From: Candidatus Eiseniibacteriota bacterium
GTDB lineage: Bacteria; Eisenbacteria; RBG-16-71-46; SZUA-252
Reading direction: 5' to 3'
NCBI GenBank assembly: GCA_963703225.1
Contig: OY969801.1
Coordinates: forward strand, 320,001 to 384,000
Length of the DNA stretch: 64,000 nt
Shown: piece after piece, positions 60,872 to 64,000 of the stretch
Position numbering within the stretch: position 1 is the first letter of the stretch
How the letters are laid out: every line of letters starts with the position of its first letter
Program-made: the position numbers and the translations under genes
Notes under the pieces: model-generated
Told to the model about the DNA's origin: nothing
The model's input: only the letters and a program-made list of their open reading frames with translations
The model's database searches: none

Positions 60872-61724
60872 GGACCTTTTTGGCGAGCCGGCCGCGAACG
60901 AATGGGAGAGCCCCCATCCGCGGCTTCACCTGGGAACGTCGAGCTTTAGCCACGAGAGCTGGATTGGATCGTTCTATCCCCCCGGCACCAAGCCGGCCGA
61001 CTTCCTGAGCGTCTACGCCCGCCGCCACCAAACGGTCGAGATCGACGCCACTTTTTACCGCATCCCGTCCTCGGCGCAAGCCCGAAGTTGGGCGAAGAAG
61101 GTCCCGGCTGGATTTCGGATCGCCGCCAAGGTTCCGCAGCTCATCACGCACCAGAAGCTCTTGGTCGACTGCGAGGAGGATCTCAAGGAGTTCCTGGGCG
61201 TGATGCGGGAGATGGGCGACCGCCTCGGGCCGGTGCTCTTTCAGTTTCCGTACTTTCACCGGGACGCGTTCGCTTCGGTGGGCGCGTTTCTCGCGCGCCT
61301 CGGGCCGATGCTCGAATCGCTGCCCGGGGACGTCCGGTACGCGGTGGAAGTGCGGAACAAGAGTTGGGTGGGGGAGAAGCTGTTCGCGATGCTCCGGCAA
61401 TGCCGGGCCGCCTATGCGCTGATCGATCATCCTTGGATGTCTCCCATCGAGGAGCTGATCCGAACATTCGACGTGGTGACGGCCGATTTCGCCTACGTCC
61501 GCTGGCTCGGCGACCGGAAGGAAATCGAAGCCAAGACCGATACATGGGAGAAGCTCATCGTCGACCGATCGGTCGAGATGGAGCGCTGCGTTCCCGCGCT
61601 TCAGTCGCTCCTCGAGCGAAACATCGACGTCTACGGCTACTTCAACAACCACTACGCTGGCCACGCGCCCGGCTCGATCGAGCTCTTGCGAGAGATCTGG
61701 CGGCGGAGGCTGGGAATCAAGTAG
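60870..61724 (+). CDS. DUF72 domain protein
   Basis: GTSSFS..W.G.FYP, VEIDATFY, LFQFP, AVEVR, YFNNHYAGHAP. Confidence 0.9.
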   Translation: MDLFGEPAANEWESPHPRLHLGTSSFSHESWIGSFYPPGTKPADFLSVYARRHQTVEIDATFYRIPSSAQARSWAKKVPAGFRIAAKVPQLITHQKLLVDCEEDLKEFLGVMREMGDRLGPVLFQFPYFHRDAFASVGAFLARLGPMLESLPGDVRYAVEVRNKSWVGEKLFAMLRQCRAAYALIDHPWMSPIEELIRTFDVVTADFAYVRWLGDRKEIEAKTDTWEKLIVDRSVEMERCVPALQSLLERNIDVYGYFNNHYAGHAPGSIELLREIWRRRLGIK

Positions 61725-61851
61725 CGAGGAGCCGAGCGGCGAGCGCGCCGCTCAACCCTCCGCCGACAACGACGATCGATTTCGAAGGACCCGTGCTCAT
61801 CTGGTCATCTTACCAGCGGCGGGGGTACCCTTTCTGTTACCATGCGCGGCC

Positions 61852-62916
61852 ATGTCCGCGCCGAACCCCATCCGCGTTCTGCTGATCGGCACAGGGTTTG
61901 GCAGCCACGTTCATGCCCCCGGCTTCGCCTCCGACCCCGCATTTCGGCTCGTCGGCGTGGCCAGCGGACGCGCGGAGAACGCCAAGAAGGTCGCGGCGGC
62001 GCACGGGATCCCCTACGCGACCGACGACTGGAAGAAGATGCTCGACGAGGTCGAGGCCGACCTCGTCTCGATCGCCACGCCGGTCGATCTCCACTACCCC
62101 ATGGCGCGTGCGGCTTTGGAGCGTCGCCGTCACGTCCTCCTGGAAAAGCCGTTCGCCCTGAACGTGGCGCAGGCCAAGGAGCTCGCCGCGCTCGCGAAAA
62201 CCCAGGGCGTTGTGGCCGTCGTGAACCATGAGTTCCGCCACCAGCCTGGGCGCGCCACGCTGACCCGATGGATCGAGGAGGGAAAGCTCGGCAGGGTAGA
62301 GCACTTGGTCATGCGCACCCGAATGCCCGGGTGGGCGCGGGCTCCCGAACGCCGCCTCACCTGGCTCTCGGACAAGGAGCGAGGGGGTGGATTTCTGGGC
62401 GCCATCGGCTCTCACGACGTCGATCAGATCATGCTATGGGGCGGCCCAATCCGGCGCGTTTTCGGCCGGCTTCGACTCCTCGCGCCGACCGCGCCCGGGG
62501 TGAGCGCCGGGCACAAGGGGATCACCGCGGAGGATTGCTACACTCTGCTCCTGGAATTCGCCGGCGGCGCTTCCGGGATCGTGGATACCTTTGGCGGATC
62601 GAGGGTGCGCCAGGAGCAATACGAGGCGTATGGCTCGGCGGACGTATTCGTCGTGGTCGGTGACACCCGGATCGGGAGGCCGAACGGAGCGGGCGGCTTT
62701 GATGAGCTTCCGATTCCGGAGGATCTCCAGCTGAAGCCAACCCCCGAGATGCCGCTGATCGCGCCCTTCCGGGTCAAGGTGGCGATGCTTCGCGAGGCCA
62801 TCCGCGGCGGAAAGCCCGCGGCCCCAACCTTTGCCGAGGCGGTCGAAGTGCAAAAGGTGCTCGACGCGGCACGGAAGAGCGACCAGACGGGCACGTGGGT
62901 GGAGGTGGAGGAGTAG
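61852..62916 (+). CDS. Gfo/Idh/MocA family oxidoreductase
   Basis: IGTGFG, IATP..H, EKP, GGGFL...GSH..D. Confidence 0.9.
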   Translation: MSAPNPIRVLLIGTGFGSHVHAPGFASDPAFRLVGVASGRAENAKKVAAAHGIPYATDDWKKMLDEVEADLVSIATPVDLHYPMARAALERRRHVLLEKPFALNVAQAKELAALAKTQGVVAVVNHEFRHQPGRATLTRWIEEGKLGRVEHLVMRTRMPGWARAPERRLTWLSDKERGGGFLGAIGSHDVDQIMLWGGPIRRVFGRLRLLAPTAPGVSAGHKGITAEDCYTLLLEFAGGASGIVDTFGGSRVRQEQYEAYGSADVFVVVGDTRIGRPNGAGGFDELPIPEDLQLKPTPEMPLIAPFRVKVAMLREAIRGGKPAAPTFAEAVEVQKVLDAARKSDQTGTWVEVEE

Positions 62917-63075
62917 CTCTCGACGCTCGGGACGAGCGCGGCGGCGCCGCGGCGATGCCGCGCCGCCGCCCCAGCTTCCGGGCCTAGCAGCCCATCATCC
63001 AGAGCGGCGCCAGCAAGAGCAGCACGAATATGATGAACTGCACGATCGGATCGTGAGGGTTCACCGCCCCGCATC

Positions 63076-63999
63076 TTACCGCAGTTTCAAGAGTCGATCC
63101 GTTTTCTCGACGCCCCCCGCCATGAACTTGAAGAAGTAGATCCCCGAGCCCAAGTCGCGGCCGCCGGCATCGCGCCCGTCCCACTGAGCGGTGTGGCTGC
63201 CCGCGGGCATCGTGGCGTCGACCAGAGTCCTGACCAGCCGGCCGTTCACGTCGTAGACCCGAATCGTCACGTGGTGCGACGTCGGGAGCGCATAGTTGAT
63301 GGCGGTCTCCGACGCGAACGGATTGGGCGTGGGCACGGAGACGGTGGGCGTGGACGCCGCCGGGCTGGTGGGCACGTCCACCGAGCCGACATCGATGGAG
63401 GTCGGGGCCGCCGCGCCGTTCGTGGTCGCGGTACCCACTCCTTCGAGCGAAAGCGTGGCTGCGTCCTGCGAGCCAGGAATCGCCTCGAACGAAACCTCAA
63501 CCCGAACCGCCGCCCCGGCCGCCCCGCCGGACTTGGACGGGCTGGGGCCCGCGGTTGGGTCGATCCGATAGAGCATCGCCAGTGCCAAACCATTCTGCAC
63601 GGCCCACTCCAATGACACACCCCCAGGAGCCTCGAGCAGTGCGAGGCTGCGGACACGCGCGCCGCCTGTCGGATTGACCGCGAATTGGATTCCGCCGAAT
63701 CCATCGCCCGGCTGGATCTGGATGGATGCGCGACCGGTCTCCGAATTGATCCAGACAGGCCGAGCGTCAAAGCCGATACGCGTGTTTCCTGCGGCGCCTG
63801 GGTCGCCCGATCCTCCGCCTGACCCGAAACCACCGCCGTTCAGGATCTTCCTTACGCAGCAGATCACGTCGCGGACATCGAGGGAGCCGTCGACGTTGCA
63901 GTCGGCCCTGGCAAAGACGCTATCGGGACAAGCATCGGCGACGCCATGCTCCGCCAGCGCACAATTTACGAGGAGCATCACGTCCCGAATGTTCGAAAC
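63076..63999 (-). CDS. C-terminal part of a large secreted protein: dockerin-like repeats + FlgD-Ig-like domain (truncated by window end)
   Basis: NIRDVMLLVNC / ADCNVDGSLDVRDVICCV; PNPF...IRVYDVNGRLVRTL...WDGRD...GSGIYF. Confidence 0.8.
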   Translation of the reverse strand, partial: VSNIRDVMLLVNCALAEHGVADACPDSVFARADCNVDGSLDVRDVICCVRKILNGGGFGSGGGSGDPGAAGNTRIGFDARPVWINSETGRASIQIQPGDGFGGIQFAVNPTGGARVRSLALLEAPGGVSLEWAVQNGLALAMLYRIDPTAGPSPSKSGGAAGAAVRVEVSFEAIPGSQDAATLSLEGVGTATTNGAAAPTSIDVGSVDVPTSPAASTPTVSVPTPNPFASETAINYALPTSHHVTIRVYDVNGRLVRTLVDATMPAGSHTAQWDGRDAGGRDLGSGIYFFKFMAGGVEKTDRLLKLR

Positions 64000-64000
64000 C

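Overview
High-GC bacterial chromosome segment. Several secreted proteins ending in FlgD-Ig-like domains, dockerin-like repeats and a TonB receptor point to a diderm lineage such as Candidatus Eisenbacteria (inference only). Housekeeping content: TonB receptor end plus SSS symporter, M1 peptidase, MprF-like protein, beta-oxidation genes (fadD, thiolase, FadB/J), NDH-2, apt, arsR-arsM, ygfZ, nadE, a luxE/luxC-like pair, a complete suf operon led by a Cys-rich MerR regulator, an NDP-forming acyl-CoA synthetase, a GH1 and others. The standout is a roughly 7 kb, visibly lower-GC block (9676-16750). It encodes a TPR-fused sigma54 activator, a Ser/Thr kinase-ATPase-TPR protein and two small exported peptide precursors. 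One precursor is a 65-aa lipoprotein ending in AGNNVNP-AGNNVNP, sitting behind a perfect sigma54 -24/-12 promoter. This looks like a candidate peptide-pheromone/sigma54 signalling circuit. Also notable: a signal-peptide leader ORF carrying RGPP-RAGP arrest-like motifs, a tandemly duplicated small partner + metzincin module, a divergent PEPCK-like P-loop protein and an unassigned structured intergenic element. Many genes carry single-base frameshifts that look like sequencing/assembly indels. No rRNA, tRNA, CRISPR array or transposase was recognised.
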